NCBI GenBank assembly: GCA_039809905.1
Contig: JBDHVY010000001.1
Span: forward strand, 1-32,000
Source of the DNA: Candidatus Babelota bacterium
GTDB lineage: Bacteria; Babelota; Babeliae; Babelales; Vermiphilaceae
Direction of reading: 5' to 3'
DNA length: 32,000 nt
The first letter of the stretch is position 1; each line of letters begins with the position of its first letter. Below are positions 15,546 through 25,527 of this stretch, one piece after another. A model generated the notes under the pieces. That model saw nothing but the letters and a program-made list of their open reading frames with translations, did no database searches and had not been told where the DNA came from. A program made the translations under genes and the position numbers.

Positions 15546-18461
15546 TTATCTTACTATCTTTTGACATCTTCTGCACAAATCATCAGGGTCACTTGTTATG
15601 TCCCATTGCCAACAGCGAGGGCATTTTTTCCCCGCTGCATGTTCAACACGAGCAAACAATCCTTGTAATTCCGTTTCTTCGAGATTTGTTGCATCATGGG
15701 CAATGGTACATTGCGAAACAATTAAAAATTCTCGCAAGAAATCTTCAACTGCTTCACCCTTGTCTTCAAGCATTACAAAGAAATCATTTATTTGTTTGTA
15801 ATGTTCTGCTGTTGGGTCAAGATATAAAGTAACTTGTGCTTCCAAGGAATGTTTTACAATGTGTTTTTCACGCTGTAATTCAATTGCTTTAAGCAATGAC
15901 GAACGAACATCTTTGAGTATTTCCCAAACATCTTCTTGCGCATGACGCGATCCAATTTCTTCTACTTTATACATTGTTTCAGTAAATGTGCGACGCCCTA
16001 TTGCATCAGGCTGAGCTACATATTTTCTTTGTGCCAATGTCTCCCAAACATTTTCAACAACAGCAAACTGTTGCAAATGAATGGAATCAGTTTTATTTTT
16101 CTGATATTCATCTGATAATTGCTCGGCTGTAAATGATAAAATTGGTGCCATGAGCTTGGTTAATGTATCAAGAATTGCATAACATACTGTTTGTGCTGAA
16201 CGCCGTGCAATCCCATCATTCTTTTCAACATATAACCTATCTTTAATGATGTCTAAGTAAAATGCGCTCAAAGTAACGGAGCAATAATTACTCAGTAATT
16301 GAGAAACACGTGTAAAATTATATTCATCATATGCCTGAAGAACTTCTTGATTGAGGACAAACAACTCTTGCAACGCATACTGATCAATTACGTGCATTCT
16401 TTCAACTAAAACAGCATCTTTGGATATATCAAAATCATTGATGTTGGAAATTAAGAACCGACACGTATTACGAATCTTTCTAAATACCTCTTGTACATTT
16501 TTTAGCAATACTTCGGAAACAACCGCATCACCAGCATTATCAATTGTTGATGCCCATAGACGCAAACCATCAGTGCCTAATTTTTCAATCATTTCACCAG
16601 GAGATACAACATTGCCTAATGATTTAGACATTTTACGCCCTTGCGCATCAACAGTAAAACCATGAGTTACAATTGTTTTTGTACATGGCGTTTCTTCAAG
16701 AATCATACTTGTCAGCAATGAACTCTGGAACCATCCACGATGCTGATCTTTACCTTCAAGATACATATCAGCAGGATATGCTAGTGCAGGATTTTGTTTG
16801 AGTACTGCATAATGACTAACTCCAGAATCAAACCATACATCAAGAATATCGGTTTCTTTACGGAGACAACCCGTTATACATTGCGGACATGTAGAATTAT
16901 CTACCAATAAATCAACCGATGCAGTATCCCAATATTCTATGCCTTTTTGGGTAACGTGTTGTGCAACATTATCAATGAATTCTTTGTTTGTATGTACATA
17001 ATCGCAACTATCGCAAATTAATGCTGGTATTGGAACCCCCCATTCTCGCTGACGAGAAAGACACCATTCGAGTCTTCCTTCTATAGTTGCTTCAAAACGA
17101 TTATGAGATGCAGCAGGAAGCATAGTAATGCGTGAAACTGCTTGGCATGCATTTTCTTTAAGATTATTTTTTGATAAATCACAAAACCACTGCTTGGTTG
17201 CACGGAATATTAATCCGCCGCGGCAACGCCAGCAATGAGGATAAGAATGCTTAATGCTTGTTTTTAATAATAATGTATTACGATCAAGTAGCTTTTGAAT
17301 TACCCATCCTTGTGCGCTTGCAACAGACATTCCAATAAGCTCAATTGGTTTAATATCACGTGTATAATGCCCATCAGGAGTAATTGGCGAATAAATTTCT
17401 AAGCCGTTCTTTACACCAACTTCATAATCAATAGGCCCAACACCTGGAGCACTATGTACACATGCAGTACCATCATCAGTTGAAACTGAATCATCAACTA
17501 AAACAGGAACAAAAAAATCATCTATAAATGGATGTGCTACTTGTGCCTGTGCATCTATAAGTAATTGTGAATCGAAAGTAATTGCTATATTTGCTTCAAT
17601 ACCAAGTAATTGAGCAACTTTATCAGCGAGAGATTTTCCGACAACAATATAATTATTAGCTGTTTCCAAAATAGCGTATTCAGTATGTGGTTTTAATAAA
17701 ACTGCTCGGTTAAGTGGCAATGTCCATGGTGTTGTTGTCCAGACAAGCAAACTAATTGGCTTATTGTTCAGCTCTGGAAAGAGCTCAATTTGGGTGCTTT
17801 TTTTCAAAGAAAAAAGTACATAAATTGATGGATCCTTGCGATCATTGTATTCAATTTCAGCCGATGCTAAAACTGTTTGGCACGTTGGGCACCAAGGCAC
17901 TGTTTTATTTTTTCGTTCAATATAGCCACGCTCAACGAGCACTCCAAAAGAACGTAAAATATTGGCTTCATAACCAAAATCCATGGTCAAATAAGGATTG
18001 TCCCAATCCATTATTACGCCAAGTTGTTTAAATTCTTGTCGTTGCACATTGATCCATTTATTGGCATATTCACGACATGCTTTTTTTAATGCATCTCCTT
18101 GCAGTTGTGGAGTCTCTTTTTTCACTGCAAATTCAATGGGCAATCCGTGACAATCCCATCCTGGAGTGACGGGAACGTGTTTCCCCATCATGCGCTGGGA
18201 CTTGGTAACAATATCTTTTAAAATCTTGTTATATGCGTGTCCTATGTGCGTATGGCCATTAGCATAGGGAGGACCATCATGTAAAATAAATTTTTCTTGA
18301 CCTTTATGCATATTGAATGCTCGCTGGTACAAATCCTTGCTATTCCAGCGTTCGATCATTTTTGGATCATCTTCCTTATGATTTGGTCGAATTGGAAAAT
18401 CGGTATGAGGCAGATTAAGTGTGTCTTTAAAGCTTTTTTTCTCATTAGTATCTTGGGACAT
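15546..18461 (-). CDS. ileS: Isoleucyl-tRNA synthetase
   Basis: DGPPYANGHTHIGHAYNKILKD (HIGH), GWDCHGLPIE, WCPTCQT, KMSKSLGNVVSP (KMSKS), WCLSRQREWGVPIP, C-terminal zinc motif KCPRCWQWDITSDPDDLCRRCQKIV. Confidence 0.98.
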   Translation of the reverse strand: MSQDTNEKKSFKDTLNLPHTDFPIRPNHKEDDPKMIERWNSKDLYQRAFNMHKGQEKFILHDGPPYANGHTHIGHAYNKILKDIVTKSQRMMGKHVPVTPGWDCHGLPIEFAVKKETPQLQGDALKKACREYANKWINVQRQEFKQLGVIMDWDNPYLTMDFGYEANILRSFGVLVERGYIERKNKTVPWCPTCQTVLASAEIEYNDRKDPSIYVLFSLKKSTQIELFPELNNKPISLLVWTTTPWTLPLNRAVLLKPHTEYAILETANNYIVVGKSLADKVAQLLGIEANIAITFDSQLLIDAQAQVAHPFIDDFFVPVLVDDSVSTDDGTACVHSAPGVGPIDYEVGVKNGLEIYSPITPDGHYTRDIKPIELIGMSVASAQGWVIQKLLDRNTLLLKTSIKHSYPHCWRCRGGLIFRATKQWFCDLSKNNLKENACQAVSRITMLPAASHNRFEATIEGRLEWCLSRQREWGVPIPALICDSCDYVHTNKEFIDNVAQHVTQKGIEYWDTASVDLLVDNSTCPQCITGCLRKETDILDVWFDSGVSHYAVLKQNPALAYPADMYLEGKDQHRGWFQSSLLTSMILEETPCTKTIVTHGFTVDAQGRKMSKSLGNVVSPGEMIEKLGTDGLRLWASTIDNAGDAVVSEVLLKNVQEVFRKIRNTCRFLISNINDFDISKDAVLVERMHVIDQYALQELFVLNQEVLQAYDEYNFTRVSQLLSNYCSVTLSAFYLDIIKDRLYVEKNDGIARRSAQTVCYAILDTLTKLMAPILSFTAEQLSDEYQKNKTDSIHLQQFAVVENVWETLAQRKYVAQPDAIGRRTFTETMYKVEEIGSRHAQEDVWEILKDVRSSLLKAIELQREKHIVKHSLEAQVTLYLDPTAEHYKQINDFFVMLEDKGEAVEDFLREFLIVSQCTIAHDATNLEETELQGLFARVEHAAGKKCPRCWQWDITSDPDDLCRRCQKIVR

Positions 18462-18562
18462 TATTTTTCCTCAGTCATGGAAACGTTTATCTACATAGGT
18501 AGAGAGTATTACTTTTTTTAAAAAAAACAGAGTTTTATTGGCAGAAATAGAAAAAAAGAACA

Positions 18563-18596
18563 GCGGATAAACAAACCTGCGGATTCATTTATCCGC
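18563..18596. other. Inverted repeat in ileS upstream intergenic region
   Basis: GCGGATAAA (18563..18571) / TTTATCCGC (18588..18596), no T-run. Confidence 0.35.
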
Positions 18597-18776
18597 ATAT
18601 AATCGATATACAAAGAAATATGCTATGGGCAAAAAGTGTGACAAAATAATTCAAGAAAGATCCTTTTCTTGTTTTTTGAAATAATATATGTATAAATTAT
18701 ACATTTTTTTTTGAAAATGGACAATAACCATAAAAAATTATATAACTCAAAATGTGATCCATAGGTTATTTAAACC

Positions 18777-18808
18777 CCATGTTCCACTCCGTTTCACACG
18801 GGGACCCC
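18777..18808. repeat. GC-rich 32-nt element, imperfect second copy at 6081..6112
   Basis: CCATGTTCCACTCCGTTTCACACGGGGACCCC versus CCATGTTACATTACATCTCACATGGAGACCCC, 25 of 32 positions identical by eye. Confidence 0.5.
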
Positions 18809-18942
18809 GGCGTAGAGTAATGAAGCTGGAGAGTGAAATATACAAACTCATAATAATCTTTACATGAGAAAAGGAGTACAATAAAAATATAAATCAAAAA
18901 AAGTAGCCAGAGTAGTTTTGTCTTAAAATAAAAAGGTTTAAA

Positions 18943-20715
18943 ATGTTGCACAAAATCTTCTTAAAACAATCCAGTATCTTGATGGCTGGTGCTACGTTGC
19001 TATCGTTTTCGTCTATCAAATCTGAAAATGATATATTAAGATCAAATCTCTTTGATGTTCGAGATAAAAATATTGGTGTTAATAACAGCCCCAATTCAGA
19101 TCTTAGTAATAGTTGCTTATCTGATTTGGCTGTTACTGGTGATACCGCAACCATTTTCCGTAATTCAGTGGCAGAACCATCCCTTGCTGTTAATCCCTTA
19201 AATAAAAAACAAGTAATAGCTGTATACGAACAAGATATTATAGGCAGCAACGAAATTGGCAATTTGGGTTCTTTAAGCATAGGTATTGCTCGTTCTGAAA
19301 ATGGTGGTAAAACCTGGATTACAAGTGATTCTTTAAACACTCAAATATGCAATGGTGGATTTGCACAAACTGTTGGCAATGCCCGTATCACCTATGCAAA
19401 TAATGGAATAGCATACTTAACTGCTACCTTTGCAAATGTTCAAAACAATCCGAATAACCTTAATCAATCAGGCGTTTTTGTATCACAATCAGAAGATAAT
19501 GGTAAAACATGGAGTTTTCCAATTATTTTGGATGCAAGTTCAAATAACTTAAATGATCAAACAAGTACTTCTCCATTCAGCACTATATCAAATGTTTCTG
19601 TAGATCCTAATAATGCAAATAATGTGTATGTTACTTGGGGACGCACTCCTAATGATGCTTCTTTAAGTTCTAATGCTATTATCAGTTTCTCAAGAGATGG
19701 CGGACTAACGTGGTCAGATAATGCCGTGTTATATAATCCATTTTTAGATACAACATTTGCAGCTATAAATAATGGTATTGCTAACAATATGAGCGTAACT
19801 AATAATACTATTATAACTCAGCCAAATGGTAATGTTTTAAATTTCATGACACGCACCTATGCAGCACCAGGAACAACTAACATGCAATTTGTTAATGATG
19901 TATGGCCATATCAATATCGTTTATTTGATATTGCATTTACCAGCTCAACTGATAATGGAGTAACATTTAATACAAGTGCACGAGTAGTGACGACTATTGA
20001 TGGTAATTCAACATTTACTGGTGGATATACGTATAGTGGTGCTGACATTACTGGTGGCGTTGGTGCACAAATAAGCACCGAAGGAAGCAATCAGTTTTTT
20101 GATGTTGCAATTAATCCAGAAAATGGTTATCTCTATGTAGCTTACCAAACAGGAGAGTTTACTGCTAACCAACTTCCTCAAATCGCTCTTGTTACTTCAC
20201 GCGATGGTGGTTTAACATGGTCTCAACCTGCACGCGTAAGTAGAACACCGGTTAATTCACCAAATCCTCAAGCATTTACCCCAGCTATTGCTATAGCAGA
20301 ATGTGGCGTTGTAGGAGTTCTGTATCAAGATTTCCGTAAATCTAATGTAAGCATTCCCACTACTAATACTAATACCAAAACAAATGTATGGTTTGCTCAG
20401 TATCAAGAAAAAAACAATCCTACTGGCGGTAGCACTGGCATAGGGTTAGATTTTGTTAATGAAGTGCTTGTTTCTAAGCATTCTTATAATATACAAACAG
20501 GACCTGCTGTTGAAGGTGGTATTTTAACTAATGGCAATTTTGCCAGCGTAGATGCTCTTGGTGATGATTTTTATGCCGCATATATTAAAACTAATAATAT
20601 TCAAATCATACCAGCACAACCGCTTGTTGATAATCCTGAAACAGAAACTATTTTGTTACTTGAAAACAATAGAAGAACATCTCCGTTCTTTAGCAGAATA
20701 GATGCAAAACATTAA
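18943..20715 (+). CDS. Secreted sialidase-like beta-propeller protein with BNR/Asp-box repeats
   Basis: Signal-like N-terminus MLHKIFLKQSSILMAGATLLSFSS; Asp-box-type motifs SENGGKTW, SEDNGKTW, SRDGGLTW (x2), SSTDNGVTF. Confidence 0.75.
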   Translation: MLHKIFLKQSSILMAGATLLSFSSIKSENDILRSNLFDVRDKNIGVNNSPNSDLSNSCLSDLAVTGDTATIFRNSVAEPSLAVNPLNKKQVIAVYEQDIIGSNEIGNLGSLSIGIARSENGGKTWITSDSLNTQICNGGFAQTVGNARITYANNGIAYLTATFANVQNNPNNLNQSGVFVSQSEDNGKTWSFPIILDASSNNLNDQTSTSPFSTISNVSVDPNNANNVYVTWGRTPNDASLSSNAIISFSRDGGLTWSDNAVLYNPFLDTTFAAINNGIANNMSVTNNTIITQPNGNVLNFMTRTYAAPGTTNMQFVNDVWPYQYRLFDIAFTSSTDNGVTFNTSARVVTTIDGNSTFTGGYTYSGADITGGVGAQISTEGSNQFFDVAINPENGYLYVAYQTGEFTANQLPQIALVTSRDGGLTWSQPARVSRTPVNSPNPQAFTPAIAIAECGVVGVLYQDFRKSNVSIPTTNTNTKTNVWFAQYQEKNNPTGGSTGIGLDFVNEVLVSKHSYNIQTGPAVEGGILTNGNFASVDALGDDFYAAYIKTNNIQIIPAQPLVDNPETETILLLENNRRTSPFFSRIDAKH

Positions 20716-20735
20716 TTATATAAGTAAGCAATAAA

Positions 20736-20766
20736 AAAAGGGCTCCAAAAATGGGGCCCTTTTTTT
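20736..20766. terminator. Intrinsic terminator
   Basis: AAAAAAGGGCTCCAAAAATGGGGCCCTTTTTT. Confidence 0.75.
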
Positions 20767-20850
20767 ATTGCTTTTTGCTTTCTGATTGTTTTATATTCAT
20801 GTTGAAATAATTTTCAAGGTGTCACAGATAAAAAACAAGGATTATTTTAT

Positions 20851-21714
20851 ATGAAAAGAACATGGCATTATCTCATCATTATTTCTTTGATGGGAACCAT
20901 AATGGCACTAGAAGCAATGCTTACTACACAACAAGTAGCCAGAAGAGCTCCATCACAAACAGGTCGTCGTTTGATTTCAACAACTCCAGTTATGGCAGCA
21001 AAAAAACAACCAAAAGACAATACGCAAAACTTAAAAACACCCGGTGCCCCTAAAATAAAAAAATCTAAAACATTTGATAATTTAAGCGATAATTCCAATA
21101 ATCCAACGACTGTTTCTCAACCTCGCAAATCATCATGGTTATATCGTCTTTTTTTTGGTAAACCAATAGAAGAATCAAGAAGTGAATTAAGCGATCTTAT
21201 CGCTATGCCTACATTTAACAAAAATAATGTAGAAGAGGGAATAACATTAGTTAAAGAAATTAATTCAAAAAATCCAGCATATTTGAATGATAGCGGATTA
21301 CTTGATGAAATAGTACTTACAAGTTTTAATCTTCCGATTTTTTCAGAAAAACAAACTAATCTGATAACCTTAGCCAATTTTGTGGAAAGTCGTGATGGTC
21401 GTTTTAATAAAAGTATCGAATCATATATTGATCGTTATGAAAATTTAGTAGAAAGAGTATATCCACGATTACTGAGTGCAAAATTCAACAAAAAAGATCC
21501 TGTGGCGATAAAGCCTCGTTACAAAGCTGCTAAGCAGGTGATATTTATAGAAAATTTTTTTGATAGTCTTGATCAATTTTTAGGTAAATTTGTTCAAAAT
21601 GATTCGCAATTGTCAAAAAAACTAAAAGACATAACCAAAAAAAGAACGGTATTAAAAGAAGCCTTTATGAGAAAGGATGAAAAAAAGAAAAACGAAAGAT
21701 TAGCTACTGAATAA
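20851..21714 (+). CDS. Secreted protein of unknown function
   Basis: MKRTWHYLIIISLMGTIMALEAML signal-like N-terminus; SWLYRLFFGKPIEESRSELSDLIAMPTFNKNNVEEG; polar/charged C-terminus. Confidence 0.7.
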   Translation: MKRTWHYLIIISLMGTIMALEAMLTTQQVARRAPSQTGRRLISTTPVMAAKKQPKDNTQNLKTPGAPKIKKSKTFDNLSDNSNNPTTVSQPRKSSWLYRLFFGKPIEESRSELSDLIAMPTFNKNNVEEGITLVKEINSKNPAYLNDSGLLDEIVLTSFNLPIFSEKQTNLITLANFVESRDGRFNKSIESYIDRYENLVERVYPRLLSAKFNKKDPVAIKPRYKAAKQVIFIENFFDSLDQFLGKFVQNDSQLSKKLKDITKKRTVLKEAFMRKDEKKKNERLATE

Positions 21715-21730
21715 AAGATTGTTAGTTAAG

Positions 21731-21760
21731 AAAAAGAACAGGCCGTAGCCTGTTCTTTTT
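21731..21760. terminator. Bidirectional intrinsic terminator
   Basis: AAAAAGAACAGGC CGTA GCCTGTTCTTTTT between convergent genes. Confidence 0.85.
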
Positions 21761-21764
21761 TTGG

Positions 21765-21953
21765 TTATTCGATTGGCGGCATTGGAGGACGTTTTCCACG
21801 AAAAACACTACTAATAAGGGATAAAATAAACAATACTATGAATATGAAGAATAATATTTTTGCGATATCCATAGACATGCCTTCTACCGTGTAAAATCCA
21901 AAGTAGCCAGCAATGATTGAAAGAATAAGAAACGTAATAACTAAATGCAACAT
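21765..21953 (-). CDS. DUF1328 family small membrane protein
   Basis: MLHLVITFLILSIIAGYFGFYTVEGMSMDIAKILFFIFIVLFILSLISSVFRG; matches the YtjA/DUF1328 pattern (IAxxFGF ... AKILFFIFxVLFxxSLI). Confidence 0.85.
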   Translation of the reverse strand: MLHLVITFLILSIIAGYFGFYTVEGMSMDIAKILFFIFIVLFILSLISSVFRGKRPPMPPIE

Positions 21954-22059
21954 GCAACACTCCTTAAAAATAATAAAATTTGTATAACAACTAACATAAA
22001 ACTAAAACAAAACAATAAGCAATTTTTTCTTAATGATAATTCATTATGAGAAAATACTT

Positions 22060-23106
22060 TCAACCTAGGCGCACTTTAGAAAAAAACTTTTTCGTTCGGG
22101 ACTTATTAATCTGTTCGTTTTTTGCTAATTCTGCTAACTCTTTTACTGTTTTTGCTCCATTCTTGAGTAATATTTCCTCAATTTTCTTAACAAAATCTTC
22201 ACCATATTTACTTTCGAGCAATTTCTTTTCTCCCTCAAACACATCTCGAACTGTTCTGACCACCACTGTTTCAATTTCAGGGTTCATCATCATCACAAAA
22301 CCATCCATAGTTTCGATTGCTTGTATGTTTTCTTGGTTTATATCACAAAGTTCACTGGCGATCAGTGAGTTGAATGATGGTAAACTTCCACAGAGTAAAG
22401 CCTGTATGATGAGAGAAGCTCCATTGTTTTTAATATAAGACTGTGTCTTTTCATGATTAATAAATACATCAAGCGTTTGTGTATCGTTATTATTTATTAC
22501 AACATTAAGCCCATGTAACAACGAGGTATCATCTGAAAGATTTTCTGGAAATTCGATAAGAGCTTTTTTAACACGTTCATTATTTCGCGATATACATCCA
22601 ATTAAAAATGGATTAATCGTGCATTCAGAAGGATCTCCCATACATCTGTGTTTTATGAAATGTTTTTTTAACGAACACATCCTTTCATTCTTAAGGTCAA
22701 TAATTTCATAAGGATAAACTGCATAATTAGTCCCAGGGATTCTGTACCATCTATGATTAACAGCACTATTACTACTCAAAATTTGTGCAATCTCATAGTT
22801 ACTATCATATAAAGCCGTAATCAAAATGCTTTTATAATCTCTTTTGTATACATATGGATTATTACAATCAATAAAACCAAGAGATGGCTGACAGAACGAA
22901 AAAAAGATACTTAATTGTTTTGACGTTTTACGTAATACATTGATTTCTTTAGGATGAAGCAATGCAAAAATAATTTTGCGCTCATCAGCACGCTCTTGAA
23001 GTAATAAACTATCCAATACACCACTTGGCTTATCCATTGAAAAAGAAACAGCAGTCATTAAAAGTGCTAATGACTGCTGTTTTAGTAACGAAAAAAATAA
23101 ATTCAT
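22060..23106 (-). CDS. Secreted F-box-like/ankyrin-like repeat protein
   Basis: Signal-like MNLFFSLLKQQSLALLMTAVSFS; LLHPKEINVLRKTSKQLSIFFS (F-box-like); helix-turn-helix repeats YDSNYEIAQILSSNSAVNH, NPFLIGCISRNNERVKKALIEFPENLSDDTSLLHGLNVVINNNDTQTLDVFI. Confidence 0.6.
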   Translation of the reverse strand: MNLFFSLLKQQSLALLMTAVSFSMDKPSGVLDSLLLQERADERKIIFALLHPKEINVLRKTSKQLSIFFSFCQPSLGFIDCNNPYVYKRDYKSILITALYDSNYEIAQILSSNSAVNHRWYRIPGTNYAVYPYEIIDLKNERMCSLKKHFIKHRCMGDPSECTINPFLIGCISRNNERVKKALIEFPENLSDDTSLLHGLNVVINNNDTQTLDVFINHEKTQSYIKNNGASLIIQALLCGSLPSFNSLIASELCDINQENIQAIETMDGFVMMMNPEIETVVVRTVRDVFEGEKKLLESKYGEDFVKKIEEILLKNGAKTVKELAELAKNEQINKSRTKKFFSKVRLG

Positions 23107-23271
23107 AACTTTCCTTTTGCTTTATACCATTTTTTTTCAAAAACATATATTTAAGCATAAAAACAAAACAGAAAAGTTTATATATTTTTTCTTAATGATA
23201 AATCATTTTAAATTTTCTTTATTTCTTTTTTTGTTTTACATAATAAGCAAAAGCATTATGCGACGACTTTT

Positions 23272-24369
23272 TTATTTCTTATTCTTAATGCTTTTTTTAG
23301 TCTTTTTTTCATCCAAGCATTTAAATTTTTTTAATATCCCTAATTGTTCTTTGTCAATTACCGGAACTGGGGGATTAAACTTCGATAATTCTTTTTTTCT
23401 TTTACCAACTACTATGTTTAAACATCGATAATATCGAGGCAAATTATTCTCATTGCTATTTATTAAATCGTGGTGATAAAGTTTTGTCAATTGAGCGCAA
23501 CTGCCATCTTTTATAGGACTTTTTTTATCTAAAAACTTGTAAAAATAATCCATATTTTTTTCTATACTAATTCTTTCCATCTTGCATTGTGTTAAAAATG
23601 CTTTGTAAGAATTATTTATTAAAAACATAACTTTATCGCTTCCATTAAATAGAGCGCATTGCAGTAATCGCACAGACATAGAACTCATCTTTTGTCTATT
23701 TTCCCTGTCTTTCAAAAGATTATATAAAGATTTGATATCATTGTTTTGAATAAGAATATGTAATCCTAGTTCAAAATTATAATTGCGCAAATCTTTGGGA
23801 ATGGCTTTGAATGCTGTTTCAACCAAAGCAGAATTGCCTATAATGCATGAAGCTATGAATGGGTTTACTGGTTCTGATTTTTTATTCTTATTAATACATA
23901 CAATTTTAAATGCATCTTGTGTGTTATCAGGAAAAATCCATCCTATACGCTCAAATTTTCCGGATATGGAATAAAAACACTCATTCTGGAGCTTGTGTTC
24001 GGATACATACGTAATAAATTCAAGTTTTTTATCTCTAGATGTGAAAGTACCTTCATGTTCACAAATAGCTTGAATAATAATACGCGCAAAATCACGCTTA
24101 CTTGCGCATAAAGCTTTACAGATCATAAAATCTTGTACTGTTTGCCGAGATAGCTCATCACTGAAATATTTGTTTGTTAAACGCAAAGCATTTTTTGTAG
24201 AAGGATCAAGACTAGGCAACATATAACGAATTATCTCTTTAGGAAAAAAATCAAAAACGCCATTTCCTTGAGACGAATCCATTGACAATATAATAGAAGA
24301 AAAAAAAGTAACAAAGAATATAAAAGGTATTCGAAAATAAGAGGTAAGCATCTGTGTATAGTCTTTCAT
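23272..24369 (-). CDS. Secreted F-box-like/ankyrin-like repeat protein, paralog of 22060..23106
   Basis: Signal-like N-terminus FRIPFIFFVTFFSSIILSMDSS; FDFFPKEIIRYMLPSLDPSTKNALRLTNKYFSDEL (F-box-like); NPFIASCIIGNSALVETAFKAIPKDLRNYNFELGLHILIQNNDIKSLYNLL matches the equivalent block of the neighbour. Confidence 0.65.
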   Translation of the reverse strand: MKDYTQMLTSYFRIPFIFFVTFFSSIILSMDSSQGNGVFDFFPKEIIRYMLPSLDPSTKNALRLTNKYFSDELSRQTVQDFMICKALCASKRDFARIIIQAICEHEGTFTSRDKKLEFITYVSEHKLQNECFYSISGKFERIGWIFPDNTQDAFKIVCINKNKKSEPVNPFIASCIIGNSALVETAFKAIPKDLRNYNFELGLHILIQNNDIKSLYNLLKDRENRQKMSSMSVRLLQCALFNGSDKVMFLINNSYKAFLTQCKMERISIEKNMDYFYKFLDKKSPIKDGSCAQLTKLYHHDLINSNENNLPRYYRCLNIVVGKRKKELSKFNPPVPVIDKEQLGILKKFKCLDEKKTKKSIKNKK

Positions 24370-24663
24370 GTTGAGAGTTATTTATCATTTGCATATAGCT
24401 TACAGTGTTTTATGTTTTTTGTAAAAATTTCTTATGGAATTTTAGCTCTTTTGCTCTATAAAATAATGCATTTTTCTTTAACATCACAACCCTTTTACAT
24501 AAATGATTAACATCAAGCTCCGTTAATCATGGGATATATTTATTAAACGATCAACGATATATTTATGCAAAAATAAAAAATGCGATGTATAAAGGCTTTT
24601 CTTTCCATTTCTATGTCAACAAACTTAAATTTTTTAACATGCTTTAAAAAAACTTAAAAAAAA

Positions 24664-24710
24664 TGCCACAATCAATGAAATTTTTATTCTTTTTTTCATC
24701 AATTGTGGCA
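24664..24710. terminator. Terminator-like hairpin in a 500-bp intergenic region
   Basis: TGCCACAATCAATGAAA ... TTTCATCAATTGTGGCA, 15/17 paired, with nearby T/A runs. Confidence 0.5.
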
Positions 24711-24867
24711 AACGTTTTTTACTAATGCCTAGAAAAATATTGCTGGAATAATTCTTGCAAAATAAGGTTAAATTTAAATGCGTTTTTGTTTTTTTTAAAA
24801 AAATATTTTTATTTTTTTTTTTTATAAAAACAAAAATTGTGATATATGCGAACTCATTTTTTTATCT

Positions 24868-25527
24868 TCACTCTTTCGACAATCGCACTCGCTCTTCTTC
24901 TATTTCTCGTGCTCGTTTACGGGTGAGCTCATCTCGCTCTTTTTGTTCTTGTGTTTTTGCCTCTCGTCGTATTGTAGCAATTCGCTCTTGCTCAGCTTCT
25001 TTAAGCTGTCGATCCCAAAACGCAGCTGTTTTTGCTTTTTCTAATTCTAATTCTGCTTGTTCATCTGCAGCAATTAACTTGTTGACTTCTCCCATATGCT
25101 CAGTTTGCATGTCACTTGCCGCTTTCTTTTTAGCTTCACGCATTTTTTGAGTTTGAAACAGATCAATAATAAAACCTTTAAAATTTTGCCAACCTAAAGA
25201 AATCCTTGTCATTAAATTATTTTGTTGAGGTTCAAAAGAATTGATAGGCACTGCATTTTTGGGCTCCTTTTTGCTGAACTCAGTTACTGGCTGGCTAGGC
25301 ACAAGCCCAAGTTTTTTAAATTCTTCATTTATCTTTTCTTCAGCTTCTTTTCTTTTTTTTTCTTGCAATCGTTGTTCTTCTCCACGTGAAGGATAAGGCC
25401 AACGAACATATCCTCTTCTTCCTACAGTGGTTGCTCTTTGCGCCGATCTTGTTGCTAGCATTGCATAGGAATTGATAGCACCAAAAACAGATACTCCTGC
25501 GATACTGTACATAACATATTTTTTCAT
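24868..25527 (-). CDS. Secreted highly charged coiled-coil protein, function unknown
   Basis: GGGAG Shine-Dalgarno before ATG at 25527; MKKYVMYSIAGVSVFGAINSYAMLATRS; long E/K/R-rich helix EQAELELEKAKTAAFWDRQLKEAEQERIATIRREAKTQEQKERDELTRKRAREIEEERVR. Confidence 0.7.
   Translation of the reverse strand: MKKYVMYSIAGVSVFGAINSYAMLATRSAQRATTVGRRGYVRWPYPSRGEEQRLQEKKRKEAEEKINEEFKKLGLVPSQPVTEFSKKEPKNAVPINSFEPQQNNLMTRISLGWQNFKGFIIDLFQTQKMREAKKKAASDMQTEHMGEVNKLIAADEQAELELEKAKTAAFWDRQLKEAEQERIATIRREAKTQEQKERDELTRKRAREIEEERVRLSKE

Noticed and set aside
15593-18521. Plus-strand ORFs 15593..15832, 15598..15801, 16420..16665, 17756..18031, 18297..18521
   Set aside because: Antisense to, or overlapping the 5' end of, the complete ileS gene; no independent coding evidence.
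18462-18942. Possible tRNA or structured RNA in the ileS upstream region
   Set aside because: No cloverleaf, T-loop GTTCRA or acceptor pairing found; only a 9-bp inverted repeat and the GC-rich 32-nt element. A T-box upstream of ileS was considered but no convincing T-box motif was seen.
18894-19787. ORFs 18894..19340 (-) and 19557..19787 (-)
   Set aside because: Antisense to the sialidase-like gene.
23117-23431. ORF 23117..23431 (+)
   Set aside because: Overlaps the C-terminus of the 23272..24369 gene; mostly Phe/Leu-rich translation of T-rich DNA.
24755-25150. ORF 24755..25150 (+)
   Set aside because: Ser/Arg-rich antisense shadow of the charged coiled-coil gene on the minus strand.
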